Shown one piece after another: positions 8,601 to 17,119 of a DNA stretch of 64,000 nucleotides (positions are counted from its first letter, which is position 1; the number at the start of each line of letters is the position of its first letter). The notes beneath the pieces are model-generated. The model did not search any database and was not told where the DNA came from. It worked only from the letters and a program-made list of their open reading frames with translations. Both the position numbers and the translations under genes were made by a program. This stretch comes from Patescibacteria group bacterium (lineage in GTDB: Bacteria; Patescibacteriota; Minisyncoccia; Phycocordibacterales; Phycocordibacteraceae), in assembly GCA_038078715.1 (NCBI GenBank), contig JBBTSU010000005.1, positions 3,048 through 67,047 of the forward strand, written 5' to 3'.

Positions 8601-9149
8601 ATGAATAACGACGATGTCGTAATTGAACCAGACGAACTTTCCGAAGGCGGGAGCGAAGAAGAGCTTGATGCTCTTGAGTCTCGTGTAGATGCCAAGGTCA
8701 CTAAACTCAAGAAAGAACTTGAGCAGGTGAAGGCAGAGAAGCAGGAATACTTGGATGGTTGGCAGCGTGCAAAGGCAGACTATGTAAATGCGCTTAAGCG
8801 TTTTGAGTCAGAGAAAGCAGGGGCAATTGAGCTCGGGAAAGTAGTCAGTGTACAGGCATTCCTTCCTGCAATTGATTCTCTAGAGCGCGCAGAGGCAGCA
8901 GGTGAAGTGCCAGAAGCTTTCAAAGGTATCGCAAAGCAGCTTCATGATGCTGCGCGTGCACTTGGTCTAGAGAAGATTGGAAAGATAGGTGAGACATTTG
9001 ATCCCAACATGCATGAAGCACTCGGACAGGATACTGCGCCCTCTCCCGACAAAGACGACACCGTTACCGTGGTGCTTGAGACTGGATGGAAGTCTAAGGA
9101 ATCAGTGGTGCGTCCTGCTAAGGTGCGAGTCGCACATTTTGAAGGCTAG
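8601..9149 (+). CDS. grpE: nucleotide exchange factor GrpE
   Basis: Coiled-coil N-terminal region plus the GrpE C-terminal segments '...FDPNMHEAL...VVLETGWKSKESVVRPAKVRV'. Confidence 0.9.
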   Translation: MNNDDVVIEPDELSEGGSEEELDALESRVDAKVTKLKKELEQVKAEKQEYLDGWQRAKADYVNALKRFESEKAGAIELGKVVSVQAFLPAIDSLERAEAAGEVPEAFKGIAKQLHDAARALGLEKIGKIGETFDPNMHEALGQDTAPSPDKDDTVTVVLETGWKSKESVVRPAKVRVAHFEG

Positions 9150-9151
9150 CT

Positions 9152-9421
9152 ATGGAAGAGCGCATACAGAGACTTGAACAGGAGGTTTCAGCGATACGAG
9201 AGCGCAATGCACGCGTAGAAGCAGATAAGGCGTGGGAGGTCAGTCTTACACGAGCCGTAAGTATAATTGTGGTGACCTACGTGGTTGCCACACTTGCACT
9301 CTACGGCATAGGGGACGGACGTCCTTGGATAAGTGCACTTATTCCTACGCTTGGATTCTTCCTTTCTATTCAGTCGCTTCCGTTTATTAAACGTTGGTGG
9401 CTTACAAGGAAAGATAGATAA
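9152..9421 (+). CDS. small hypothetical membrane protein (2 predicted TM helices)
   Basis: 89-aa ORF placed tightly after grpE (3-nt gap); hydrophobic spans 'IIVVTYVVATLALYGI' and 'ISALIPTLGFFLSI'. Confidence 0.5.
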   Translation: MEERIQRLEQEVSAIRERNARVEADKAWEVSLTRAVSIIVVTYVVATLALYGIGDGRPWISALIPTLGFFLSIQSLPFIKRWWLTRKDR

Positions 9422-9423
9422 CG

Positions 9424-9456
9424 AAAAACGCCCCCGAAGGGGCGTTCATTCGTTTT
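9424..9456. terminator. bidirectional rho-independent terminator
   Basis: A 7-bp GC-rich stem 'acgcccc'/'ggggcgt' with loop 'cgaa', flanked by an A-run upstream and a T-rich tract downstream. It lies between the convergent small membrane gene (+) and csp (-). Confidence 0.65.
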
Positions 9457-9460
9457 GGAG

Positions 9461-9664
9461 TTAGGCTACCAAGCGGACGTTAATCGCGCGAGGGCCCTTC
9501 TCTGCCTGTTCAACTTCAAACGACACTGCGTCGCCGACCTTTAGGTCGTCAAAAGCTACGTCTACCAAGCCCTGTGAGTGGAAGAAGAGATCCTTCTCCG
9601 CACCTTCGTACTTGATGAAACCGAAGCCCTTGTCAGTCAAACCGGCGATAGTTCCAGTCTGCAT
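9461..9664 (-). CDS. csp: cold-shock protein (CspA family)
   Basis: The 67-aa product 'MQTGTIAGLTDKGFGFIKYEGAEKDLFFHSQGL...' has the RNP1-like 'KGFGFI' and 'DLFFH' motifs. The track ORF (9461..9811) adds an implausible N-terminal extension, so the CDS is trimmed to the conserved Met. Confidence 0.85.
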   Translation of the reverse strand: MQTGTIAGLTDKGFGFIKYEGAEKDLFFHSQGLVDVAFDDLKVGDAVSFEVEQAEKGPRAINVRLVA

Positions 9665-9801
9665 GTAAGGTATCTGCAATTGCACCTGATAAAGATCAAG
9701 TACAGTAGGCTGAACAAGGAGACTTCGACTGACCCTCGGCCCCAGCGCTGCGATTGATAAGGAAACAGTATCATGAAAAAGCAAGAAATGCGAGGGGAGA
9801 C

Positions 9802-9830
9802 TTGAACCCAAAAATAGACGGGTGTAAACT
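9802..9830 (+). promoter_or_regulatory. putative promoter of dnaK (TTGAAC-N17-TAAACT)
   Basis: The hexamers have correct spacing about 65 nt upstream of the dnaK ATG; no CIRCE element was seen. Confidence 0.3.
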
Positions 9831-9894
9831 GAGTAGATAAGGGCAGAAAAAGGGGTTCACCTTTTATTAACGTCTAATCATCTATAGAGCGTAT

Positions 9895-11775
9895 ATGGCA
9901 AAGATACTCGGTATCGATCTTGGAACGACCAACTCGGCTATGGCCATCATGGAGGGTGGCGAGCCACGTGTATTAGAGAACGCAGAAGGAGGCCGCACGA
10001 CACCATCCGTGGTAGCAATCGCGAAGAACGGAGAGCGCCTCGTCGGCACGCTTGCAAAGCGCCAAGCCATCACGAACCCAAAGAATACCGTCTACGGCAT
10101 CAAGCGCTTCATGGGCCACCGCTTTGAAGATGAGGTGGTACAGAAGGATAAGGGCATTGTGCCGTACGAGATTAAGTCAGGAGACGGAGGTGGTGTGACG
10201 GTACGTTTGGGTGATAAGGATTATCGTCCAGAAGAGATTTCCGCAATGATTCTCTCTAAGCTTAAGGCAGACGCAGAAGCAAAGCTTGGTGAGAAGATCA
10301 CTGAAGCCATCATTACCGTTCCTGCATACTTTGACGATTCCCAGCGTGCCGCGACCAAGGCTGCCGGACAGATCGCTGGCCTTGAGGTGAAGCGCATCAT
10401 TAACGAGCCAACGGCCGCAGCTCTTGCCTATGGCTTCACGAAGAAGAAGGACCAGCAGATTGCCGTCTTTGACTTCGGAGGAGGTACCTTTGACGTTTCT
10501 ATTCTTGAAGTAGGAGATGACGTGATTGAAGTGAAGTCTACCGATGGTGACTCACACATGGGAGGTCGCGACATTGACCAGAAGATTGTGCGCTATCTTG
10601 CCGATGAGTTTAAGAAACAGACTGGTATTGATGTAACCAAGGACCCTCTTGCACTCCAGCGCCTTGATGAGGCCGCAGAGAAGGCAAAGGTAGAGCTCTC
10701 GTCAGCCAATGAGACGGAGGCAAACATTCCGTTTATCACCGTAGATGGGGAAGGAACGCCACAGCACCTGCTCGTGAAGATCTCTCGCGCAACACTTGAA
10801 TCTCTTGCCGAGGAATACATCACTCGTTCTATTGATATTACGAAGCGAGCACTTGAGGCCGCAGGCATGAAGGCAGGAGATGTTGAGGAAGTGATTCTTG
10901 TTGGTGGTCAGACCCGCATGCCGAAGATTCAGGAAGAAGTGAAGAAGCTGTTTGGAAGAGATCCACATCGTGATGTGAACCCTGATGAGGTGGTAGCGAT
11001 TGGTGCAGCGGTCCAGGCCGGTATATTCCAAGGAGATGTGAAGGATATTCTTCTCGTGGATGTGATCCCACTCTCTCTTTCTATTGAGACCATGGGAGGG
11101 GTCGCCACCAAGCTTGTGGAGCGTAACACCGCAGTCCCAACTACTCGCTCACAGACCTTCTCTACCGCTTCAGATAACCAGCCATCAGTAGAGATTCATG
11201 TGGTGCAGGGTGAGCGCGCGATGGCGGGAGACAACAAGTCGCTTGGACGATTTAACCTTGATGGTATTCCGCCCGCACCACGCGGTATGCCGCAGGTGGA
11301 AGTTACCTTTGATGTGGACTCTAACGGTATCCTTACCGTGAAGGCGAAGGAGAAGACCACAGGCAAGGAGCAGTCTATCCGCATTGAAGGCTCTACCGGT
11401 CTTTCTAAGGAAGACATAGATAAGATGCAGAAGGATGCAGAGATGCATGCGGCAGAAGATGCAAAGCGTAAGGAAACGGTAGAGGTGAAGAACCTTGCTG
11501 AGCAGATGATCTATGCGGCTGAGAAAGCAGTGAAAGAGAACGGGGAGAAGGCAGGGGCAGATGTCGTTGCCGATGTGAACGAGAAGATTGAAGCACTTCG
11601 CAAGGTAAAGGATGGGGAAGATGCAGGTGCAATTAAGACCGCTTCTGAAGCATTGTCTACTTCTATGCAGAAGATTGGGGAAGCGATGATGAAGGAACAG
11701 CAGGCAGGAGCTGAGCCTCCTCCACCAGAAGCGGGAGCAACGGATGCAGAGTTCACCGAGAAGCCGAAAGAATAA
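9895..11775 (+). CDS. dnaK: molecular chaperone DnaK (Hsp70)
   Basis: Motifs '[17 protein letters not shown]', '[12 protein letters not shown]' and '[14 protein letters not shown]'. Confidence 0.97.
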   Translation: MAKILGIDLGTTNSAMAIMEGGEPRVLENAEGGRTTPSVVAIAKNGERLVGTLAKRQAITNPKNTVYGIKRFMGHRFEDEVVQKDKGIVPYEIKSGDGGGVTVRLGDKDYRPEEISAMILSKLKADAEAKLGEKITEAIITVPAYFDDSQRAATKAAGQIAGLEVKRIINEPTAAALAYGFTKKKDQQIAVFDFGGGTFDVSILEVGDDVIEVKSTDGDSHMGGRDIDQKIVRYLADEFKKQTGIDVTKDPLALQRLDEAAEKAKVELSSANETEANIPFITVDGEGTPQHLLVKISRATLESLAEEYITRSIDITKRALEAAGMKAGDVEEVILVGGQTRMPKIQEEVKKLFGRDPHRDVNPDEVVAIGAAVQAGIFQGDVKDILLVDVIPLSLSIETMGGVATKLVERNTAVPTTRSQTFSTASDNQPSVEIHVVQGERAMAGDNKSLGRFNLDGIPPAPRGMPQVEVTFDVDSNGILTVKAKEKTTGKEQSIRIEGSTGLSKEDIDKMQKDAEMHAAEDAKRKETVEVKNLAEQMIYAAEKAVKENGEKAGADVVADVNEKIEALRKVKDGEDAGAIKTASEALSTSMQKIGEAMMKEQQAGAEPPPPEAGATDAEFTEKPKE

Positions 11776-11783
11776 GAGAACTG

Positions 11784-11812
11784 AATCCCGCCTTATGCGG
11801 GATTCTTTTTTC
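11784..11812 (+). terminator. rho-independent terminator after dnaK
   Basis: Stem 'atcccgc'/'gcgggat', loop 'cttat', then 'tcttttttc'. Confidence 0.7.
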
Positions 11813-11834
11813 TTTGATATAGTAGCCGCTACTT

Positions 11835-12899
11835 ATGGCAAAGAATTACTACGACGTCCTTGGGGTAGAAAAGAAAGCAACGAAGGAGGATATCAAGAAG
11901 GCCTTCCGTAAGCTTGCGCAGAAACACCATCCTGATAAGGGAGGGGACGAAGCGAAGTTCAAGGAAATCACCGAGGCATACAGCATTCTTTCTGATGAGA
12001 AACGTCGTCGTGAATACGACTCCTATGGTCAGACCTTTGCAGGAGGTGGTCCACAGGGTGACTTTGGTGGTCAGGGCTTTGATTTCTCACAGTTCCAGGG
12101 GTTTGGTGGGGGTGTGGAGTTTGATATCTCTGATCTCTTTGGCGACATCATGGGAGGAGGGGGAGGTCGCCGTGCACGTCGCGGACGAGACATCTCTATT
12201 GATGTAGAGATCTCATTTAAGGAATCAGTCTTTGGCGCAAAGCGTTCAGTCCTTATCACCAAGATTGGAAAGTGTGATACGTGTACTGGCACCGGCGCAA
12301 AGCCAGGCACGGACATGGAGGATTGTAAGACCTGCAATGGTCAGGGTCGTGTGCGTGAGACCCGAAACACCGTCATGGGTCCATTCAGCAGTGTGCGCAC
12401 CTGTTCAGTCTGTGAGGGAGCAGGGAAGGTACCAAAAGAGAAGTGTGCCACCTGTGCAGGACACGGAGTGCTACGTAAAGAAGAGGAGATTAATGTCGCT
12501 ATTCCTGCAGGGGTGGATGGCGGAGAGATGATGCGGATGCCGGGAATGGGAGAAGCGATTAAGAACGGCGCATCCGGAGATCTCTATGTGAAGATTCACG
12601 TGAAGCCACATGCCACCTTCCGTAAAGAGGGATTGAATCTCGTGATGGAGCTGCCAGTGAAGCTCACCGACGCGCTTCTTGGTACCACCGTCTCTATCAC
12701 GACCATTGATGACAAGACACTAGAGGTGAAGGTGCCACAGATGAGTAAGCCCGAAGAGGTTCTTCGTCTCCGCGGAAAGGGTGTGACCATCCAAGGGAAC
12801 TCAGGAGATCTCTTGATTCGCCTTTCAGCGGCACTTCCTAAGAAGCTTTCATCTAAGGCCAAGAAGGCGATTGAGGAGTTAAAGAGTGAGGGGCTGTAG
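11835..12899 (+). CDS. dnaJ: molecular chaperone DnaJ
   Basis: J-domain with 'HPDK', a Gly/Phe-rich linker, and four CxxCxGxG zinc-finger repeats ([32 protein letters not shown]). Confidence 0.95.
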   Translation: MAKNYYDVLGVEKKATKEDIKKAFRKLAQKHHPDKGGDEAKFKEITEAYSILSDEKRRREYDSYGQTFAGGGPQGDFGGQGFDFSQFQGFGGGVEFDISDLFGDIMGGGGGRRARRGRDISIDVEISFKESVFGAKRSVLITKIGKCDTCTGTGAKPGTDMEDCKTCNGQGRVRETRNTVMGPFSSVRTCSVCEGAGKVPKEKCATCAGHGVLRKEEEINVAIPAGVDGGEMMRMPGMGEAIKNGASGDLYVKIHVKPHATFRKEGLNLVMELPVKLTDALLGTTVSITTIDDKTLEVKVPQMSKPEEVLRLRGKGVTIQGNSGDLLIRLSAALPKKLSSKAKKAIEELKSEGL

Positions 12900-12908
12900 C
12901 TTGAAATT

Positions 12909-13550
12909 ATGTACGTTGGAAGAATGGTGGGTGTGGGGAAAACGAAAGAAGGGAGAAACACCGCTATATACAGAATCTCTTCCCGTTCCTTCCCTAATAG
13001 ATCAGCCATTATTGCTGAATCGGGTGATTCAGTTGCGATTTCTTCAAGAGATTCTTCAGGAAGAACAACGAATCCGTTTATAAATTATACGTGCGTTAGA
13101 AAGTTATCGGATTGGTTGGTCATGAGTAATGGCACGCACACCGACATGATTGCCGAACGTCTTGAAGAAGGATACTCGCCACAAGAAGCGTTTACAGAAA
13201 TTTTAAAAGAATTTGGCTACGAACAAGATGAACATAACACTCCTCGTATTGCAGGCATTGTTCCAAGGGAGGGAGACATGGGCTGGCTTGGAGTTGTCAG
13301 AGATGACGGAATGGAAGTAGAGGAAATTGAACTAAAGGAAGGGCAACTACAGTATCTTGCAACGTACGAACACTCTTCAATTCGCCCTGAGCAACGCATT
13401 GTTCTTGAAAGAACGGATACAACAGGAATTGTTGAAGATTTGATCCAGTCCGCAGAAATGAATAGGTTTGAATATCCAGTTACAGCCGTTGCTGGTGTGG
13501 CAACAGATGAGGATTTTGAGCTTAGAACCCATGACCACAGTCCTTCATAG
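12909..13550 (+). CDS. purO: IMP cyclohydrolase, archaeal PurO-type
   Basis: The segments 'MYVGRMVGVGKT...AIYRISSRSFPNR...NPFINYTCVRK...SNGTHTDMIAERL...YEQDEHNTPRIAG...YPVTAVAGV' follow the conserved PurO block pattern as recalled (MYxGR, YRxSSRSFPNR, NPYIxYNC, SNGSHTD, YExDExNTPRIA, HPVTAA). Confidence 0.75.
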   Translation: MYVGRMVGVGKTKEGRNTAIYRISSRSFPNRSAIIAESGDSVAISSRDSSGRTTNPFINYTCVRKLSDWLVMSNGTHTDMIAERLEEGYSPQEAFTEILKEFGYEQDEHNTPRIAGIVPREGDMGWLGVVRDDGMEVEEIELKEGQLQYLATYEHSSIRPEQRIVLERTDTTGIVEDLIQSAEMNRFEYPVTAVAGVATDEDFELRTHDHSPS

Positions 13551-13560
13551 AGGCTTTTGA

Positions 13561-13591
13561 GGTATGGGGTACAATATGCCCATACCTTTTT
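13561..13591 (+). terminator. hairpin plus T-run (intrinsic terminator or attenuator) between purO and fba
   Basis: Stem 'ggtatggg'(13561-13568)/'cccatacc'(13579-13586), a 10-nt loop, then 'ttttt'. It ends only 10 nt before the fba ATG. Confidence 0.5.
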
Positions 13592-13601
13592 CAATTGATA
13601 T

Positions 13602-14603
13602 ATGGCACTAGCAACACTACGTCAGGTTCTTGATGAGGCAGCAAAGGGGGTCTATGGGGTCGGCGCATTCAACGTAAACAACATGGAGCAGGTGCAGGCA
13701 ATCATGGAAGCGGCATCTGAGACAAAATCTCCAATTATCCTTCAGGCATCACGCGGTGCACGTAAGTATGCAGGTGATCAGTATCTCTTTGATTTGATGA
13801 CGAGTGCCGCTCGTCAGAATCCTGACATTCCTGTCGTGATTCATCAGGACCATGGAAGTAAGGAGGCCTGTCTTTCTGCGATTGAGCTTGGGTTTACTTC
13901 CGTGATGATGGACGGATCTTTGATGGAGGACAATAAGACACCCAACTCTTTTGAAGCAAACGTAGAGGTCACCAAGGCAGTGGTGGAGATCGCACATGCA
14001 CGCGGCGTTTCAGTAGAAGGTGAGCTCGGCGTGATTGGCGGTATTGAAGACGGACATGGGATGGGAGGTATTGGTGGCATGCTTACCGATCCTGATCAGG
14101 CGGTGGAATTTGTGGAGCGCACGGGAGTAGACGCACTCGCAGTTGCCATTGGTACTTCTCATGGTGCCTATAAGTTTTCCTCTAAGCCTGACCGTGCCGT
14201 ATTGGTAATGGATCGTATTATTGAGATTCATAAGAGACTTCCAAACACACACCTCGTGATGCACGGCTCTTCCTCAATGCCACAGGAGCTCCGTGAGACC
14301 ATAAATCAGTTCGGAGGGAACCTAAAGCCATCCTGGGGTGTCCCAGTAGAGGAGATCCAGCTTGGTATCCAGCACGGTGTTCGTAAGATCAACGTGGATA
14401 CTGATATTCGTCTTGCAATGACGGCTGCTGTTCGTAAGCTTCTTGCAGAGACGCCAGAAGCGTTTGATCCTCGTGATTATCTGAAGGAAGCACGCTCCGC
14501 TGCCAAGGAAATGATCGCGAAGCGCATGCAGGATTTTGGGCAGGCAGGGCACGCAGGAGACTACACTCCAATCTCTTTGTCTGAGATGCAGGGCCGCTAC
14601 TAA
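13602..14603 (+). CDS. fba: fructose-bisphosphate aldolase, class II
   Basis: Segments '[32 protein letters not shown]', 'HQDHG' and 'GSSS' are typical of class II FBA/tagatose-bisphosphate aldolase. Confidence 0.9.
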   Translation: MALATLRQVLDEAAKGVYGVGAFNVNNMEQVQAIMEAASETKSPIILQASRGARKYAGDQYLFDLMTSAARQNPDIPVVIHQDHGSKEACLSAIELGFTSVMMDGSLMEDNKTPNSFEANVEVTKAVVEIAHARGVSVEGELGVIGGIEDGHGMGGIGGMLTDPDQAVEFVERTGVDALAVAIGTSHGAYKFSSKPDRAVLVMDRIIEIHKRLPNTHLVMHGSSSMPQELRETINQFGGNLKPSWGVPVEEIQLGIQHGVRKINVDTDIRLAMTAAVRKLLAETPEAFDPRDYLKEARSAAKEMIAKRMQDFGQAGHAGDYTPISLSEMQGRY

Positions 14604-14605
14604 TC

Positions 14606-15136
14606 ATGGATATATCTGTAGACGTACTTGCGCAGAGTCAGCAACTCGCGACCACCATTACCGAGAATGCGTGGTTGTGGACGGGTAACTTCTTGGCGCT
14701 CATCGTTCTTACGGTGATCTTTCTCTTCTTTGCGATGAAGGGAGGGAGGAGCGGGTTGATTTCATTCATACTCGCACTCTACGCAGGTTATGCCATCTAC
14801 GTGGTATTCCCATATACCGATTTCATCGTTGCGATGGGGGGCACGGCACCAGTCAAAGCAATATTGAGCCTAGTCATCTTTGGTGCCGCAACCTTCCTGC
14901 CATTCATCGTCATCCGTCGTCTTACGGGTGGGGGATTTGGCTCGCTCACGTTTATTCCAAACCTGATTCTCTCGTTCCTCGCTGCAGCGTTTTTGTTGGT
15001 GCTTGGGTATCACGTGTTTGATATCAGCAACATCTATCAGTTCTCGCAGCCACTAGATCAGTTGTTTGCGCCTGAAGGGTTCTTCTTTTGGTGGTTTATT
15101 GCACCGCTTATTGGTCTTTTCCTTCTTGCGAGATAA
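14606..15136 (+). CDS. hypothetical polytopic membrane protein
   Basis: 176 aa with about 5 hydrophobic helices; 2-nt gap after fba; no known motifs. Confidence 0.55.
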   Translation: MDISVDVLAQSQQLATTITENAWLWTGNFLALIVLTVIFLFFAMKGGRSGLISFILALYAGYAIYVVFPYTDFIVAMGGTAPVKAILSLVIFGAATFLPFIVIRRLTGGGFGSLTFIPNLILSFLAAAFLLVLGYHVFDISNIYQFSQPLDQLFAPEGFFFWWFIAPLIGLFLLAR

Positions 15137-15138
15137 GT

Positions 15139-15756
15139 ATGTTCGCATCACTTCGTCGCTGGTGGAATAAACACATGACCTTCATTGCCACCGTGGCAGT
15201 GGGGCATGGTGCCAAACAAGTAGAGGAGGTGCTCTTTGATTGGATCCTCTACGGTACCGTCGTTGGGTTTACGACCTATGTATACGGCCCGATCTGGGGA
15301 TCCCTCCTTGGTTTTGCCATCATGGCACCCCTTTCTGCACTCGTGTGCTGGACCTATATCAAACTGTACGATTGGGCAAAGATAGACTGGTTTGGATTTG
15401 AGGCAGTGAAAGGGGTCCGTGAAGAACTTGAAGGAGATGGGTGGTGGAAACGAATGATGCGAAAACTCGTGCGCATGGGGGATGTACCCGCATTCTTTGT
15501 ACTCTCCATCAACAGTGATCCGTTTATGGTGACCGTCTACCTGCGTAAGGGATCAAGTGAGTTCAATGGACTCACCTCACGTGATTGGAAGATATTCTGG
15601 TTAAGTGTGCTCTTCTCTAATGCCTACTGGACCCTCCGCTGGACCGTCATTATTGCTCTCGCCGTTTGGTTGTTTGCATTCTTCCCACCTGAGGTTCAGA
15701 TCTTCTTTTCTACATCCTGGGAGTCTATGACCACCTGGTTTGAGGGACTTTTTTAG
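15139..15756 (+). CDS. hypothetical polytopic membrane protein (Trp-rich)
   Basis: The start is taken at the ATG at 15139, just after the upstream stop; the track ORF start at 15088 overlaps the previous gene. Multiple TM spans; many Trp residues. Confidence 0.5.
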   Translation: MFASLRRWWNKHMTFIATVAVGHGAKQVEEVLFDWILYGTVVGFTTYVYGPIWGSLLGFAIMAPLSALVCWTYIKLYDWAKIDWFGFEAVKGVREELEGDGWWKRMMRKLVRMGDVPAFFVLSINSDPFMVTVYLRKGSSEFNGLTSRDWKIFWLSVLFSNAYWTLRWTVIIALAVWLFAFFPPEVQIFFSTSWESMTTWFEGLF

Positions 15757-15799
15757 ATCTGGGACTATCCACGGACCCCTCTAAAAACTCAGTAAATTC

Positions 15800-16246
15800 A
15801 TGGTATATTCAGGGGTAATGGACCGATCGGACAAGCTTTTGCTTTCCCTCGTGTTACTCCTTTTGGTAGTGACGTTTGCCGCGACGGCGTGGCCCTTCTT
15901 GTACGACAAGCAGTATGTATTTTTGGTAGAAGCTGAATGCAATCCTGCCACTGAAACCTGCTTCTACCGTGACTGTAGCAATCCTGACGACTGTCCTCCC
16001 AATGGACTTGAGGAATACAAGACATACACCGTGTCCGCAAACGAATTTGAAATGTGTACTGATAACTCCTGTGCTGCGGAATGTGCAAGCGGGGTAATCT
16101 CCTGTGAAGAAATCGTGTGTGGAGCATCAGAGGAGGATGAGTGTGCGCTGTATGAACCAGAGCCCGAACCACTGATTGAAGAAGAATCTACTGAAGAAAC
16201 GGACGATGGAGAAGTGTTAATTGAGGAAAGACCGTACGTTCTATAG
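15800..16246 (+). CDS. small secreted or membrane-anchored cysteine-rich protein with an acidic C-terminal tail
   Basis: Signal-anchor 'LLLSLVLLLLVVTFAATAW'; 12 Cys in about 80 aa ('CNPATETCFYRDCSNPDDCPP...CTDNSCAAECASGVISCEEIVC'); the tail 'PEPEPLIEEESTEETDDGE'. Confidence 0.55.
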   Translation: MVYSGVMDRSDKLLLSLVLLLLVVTFAATAWPFLYDKQYVFLVEAECNPATETCFYRDCSNPDDCPPNGLEEYKTYTVSANEFEMCTDNSCAAECASGVISCEEIVCGASEEDECALYEPEPEPLIEEESTEETDDGEVLIEERPYVL

Positions 16247-16264
16247 GAAATAGTTTTCAGTGGT

Positions 16265-17107
16265 ATGCATACAAAGGACCTAGACCCCCATACCATAAAC
16301 ATTGAAGCGTTAGTGCAGGATAGAGAATCCTTTGATCGTTTTGTGTATACTCCACCCGACGAAGCGGTAAAGGAACTTATGCATCGGAGAAATGATGAGA
16401 CACTCCACACAAAAGTAACTACATGGCTTGGAGAGGATGTTCCAGAACCGTTACAGAGAGGACCGCATGGGATTGCATTCCGTCAGCTCACAACCTCTAA
16501 TTATGAGATTCGTCGTTTCTTTAGCATCATTGATTCAATTGAATATATTGAGCCACTTTTTTTTGAATATCTTCAGGACAAATTTACCTCTAACAATGAA
16601 TGGAAACACTCTCTGGGACGACTGTTCTTTTTTGCAGGAAAGGGGAAGAAAGGAGGTTCTCGTATTGATTCGCTTACCATCGTTGATTTCAACAAAGCAA
16701 ACGGAAAAAAATTGAGCGAAGTAGAGACATTGTGGGGGCAGGATCTTGTGTCATTCCACCATGAACTGTTTAAGACGCGGTATCGGGAAGCCGACTCCGC
16801 GTTTTTTGATGCCTCTGACTGGTTCAAGCGCCATGGCCCCACACCGCTCTCCTATTACCGTTCGTTTCTTATGCTGTTTGTGCGTCACGGGATTCTATTT
16901 GAGAACTTCCTTATAGATGAAAAAGAACTTGAGTTCACGCGTGATATATTCCTTCCGGCATTTATTGCGGCCATGGTAGAGACAGGGAAGAAGCCACTTG
17001 TAGTGAATCTTGAACCAACGGAAATTGAAGGAGATCGTTTCTGGATGTGTCATCCGCGCGAAGATCGAGAATTCGTTGAAAATAAACTTATGGCGATGAG
17101 CCAATGA
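16265..17107 (+). CDS. hypothetical protein (compositionally atypical, AT-richer gene)
   Basis: 280-aa ORF with no recognisable motifs. GC is visibly lower (about 44% by eye) than neighbouring genes (about 53%). Confidence 0.55.
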   Translation: MHTKDLDPHTINIEALVQDRESFDRFVYTPPDEAVKELMHRRNDETLHTKVTTWLGEDVPEPLQRGPHGIAFRQLTTSNYEIRRFFSIIDSIEYIEPLFFEYLQDKFTSNNEWKHSLGRLFFFAGKGKKGGSRIDSLTIVDFNKANGKKLSEVETLWGQDLVSFHHELFKTRYREADSAFFDASDWFKRHGPTPLSYYRSFLMLFVRHGILFENFLIDEKELEFTRDIFLPAFIAAMVETGKKPLVVNLEPTEIEGDRFWMCHPREDREFVENKLMAMSQ

Positions 17108-17113
17108 TATACT
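17105..17113 (+). promoter_or_regulatory. extended -10 element TGATATACT, 7 nt upstream of the histidine kinase ATG (leaderless geometry)
   Basis: TGn plus TATACT at 17105-17113; ATG at 17120. Confidence 0.35.
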
Positions 17114-17119
17114 TTTCGC

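Noticed and set aside
9665-9811. N-terminal 49-codon extension of the cold-shock ORF (track ORF 9461..9811).
   Set aside because: The conserved CspA N-terminus begins at the internal Met ('MQTGTIAGL...'). The extension is unconserved, and its region is better explained as the csp 5' UTR / divergent promoter.
8562-9894. CIRCE (HrcA) operator upstream of grpE or dnaK.
   Set aside because: No TTAGCACTC-N9-GAGTGCTAA-like inverted repeat was found in either upstream region.
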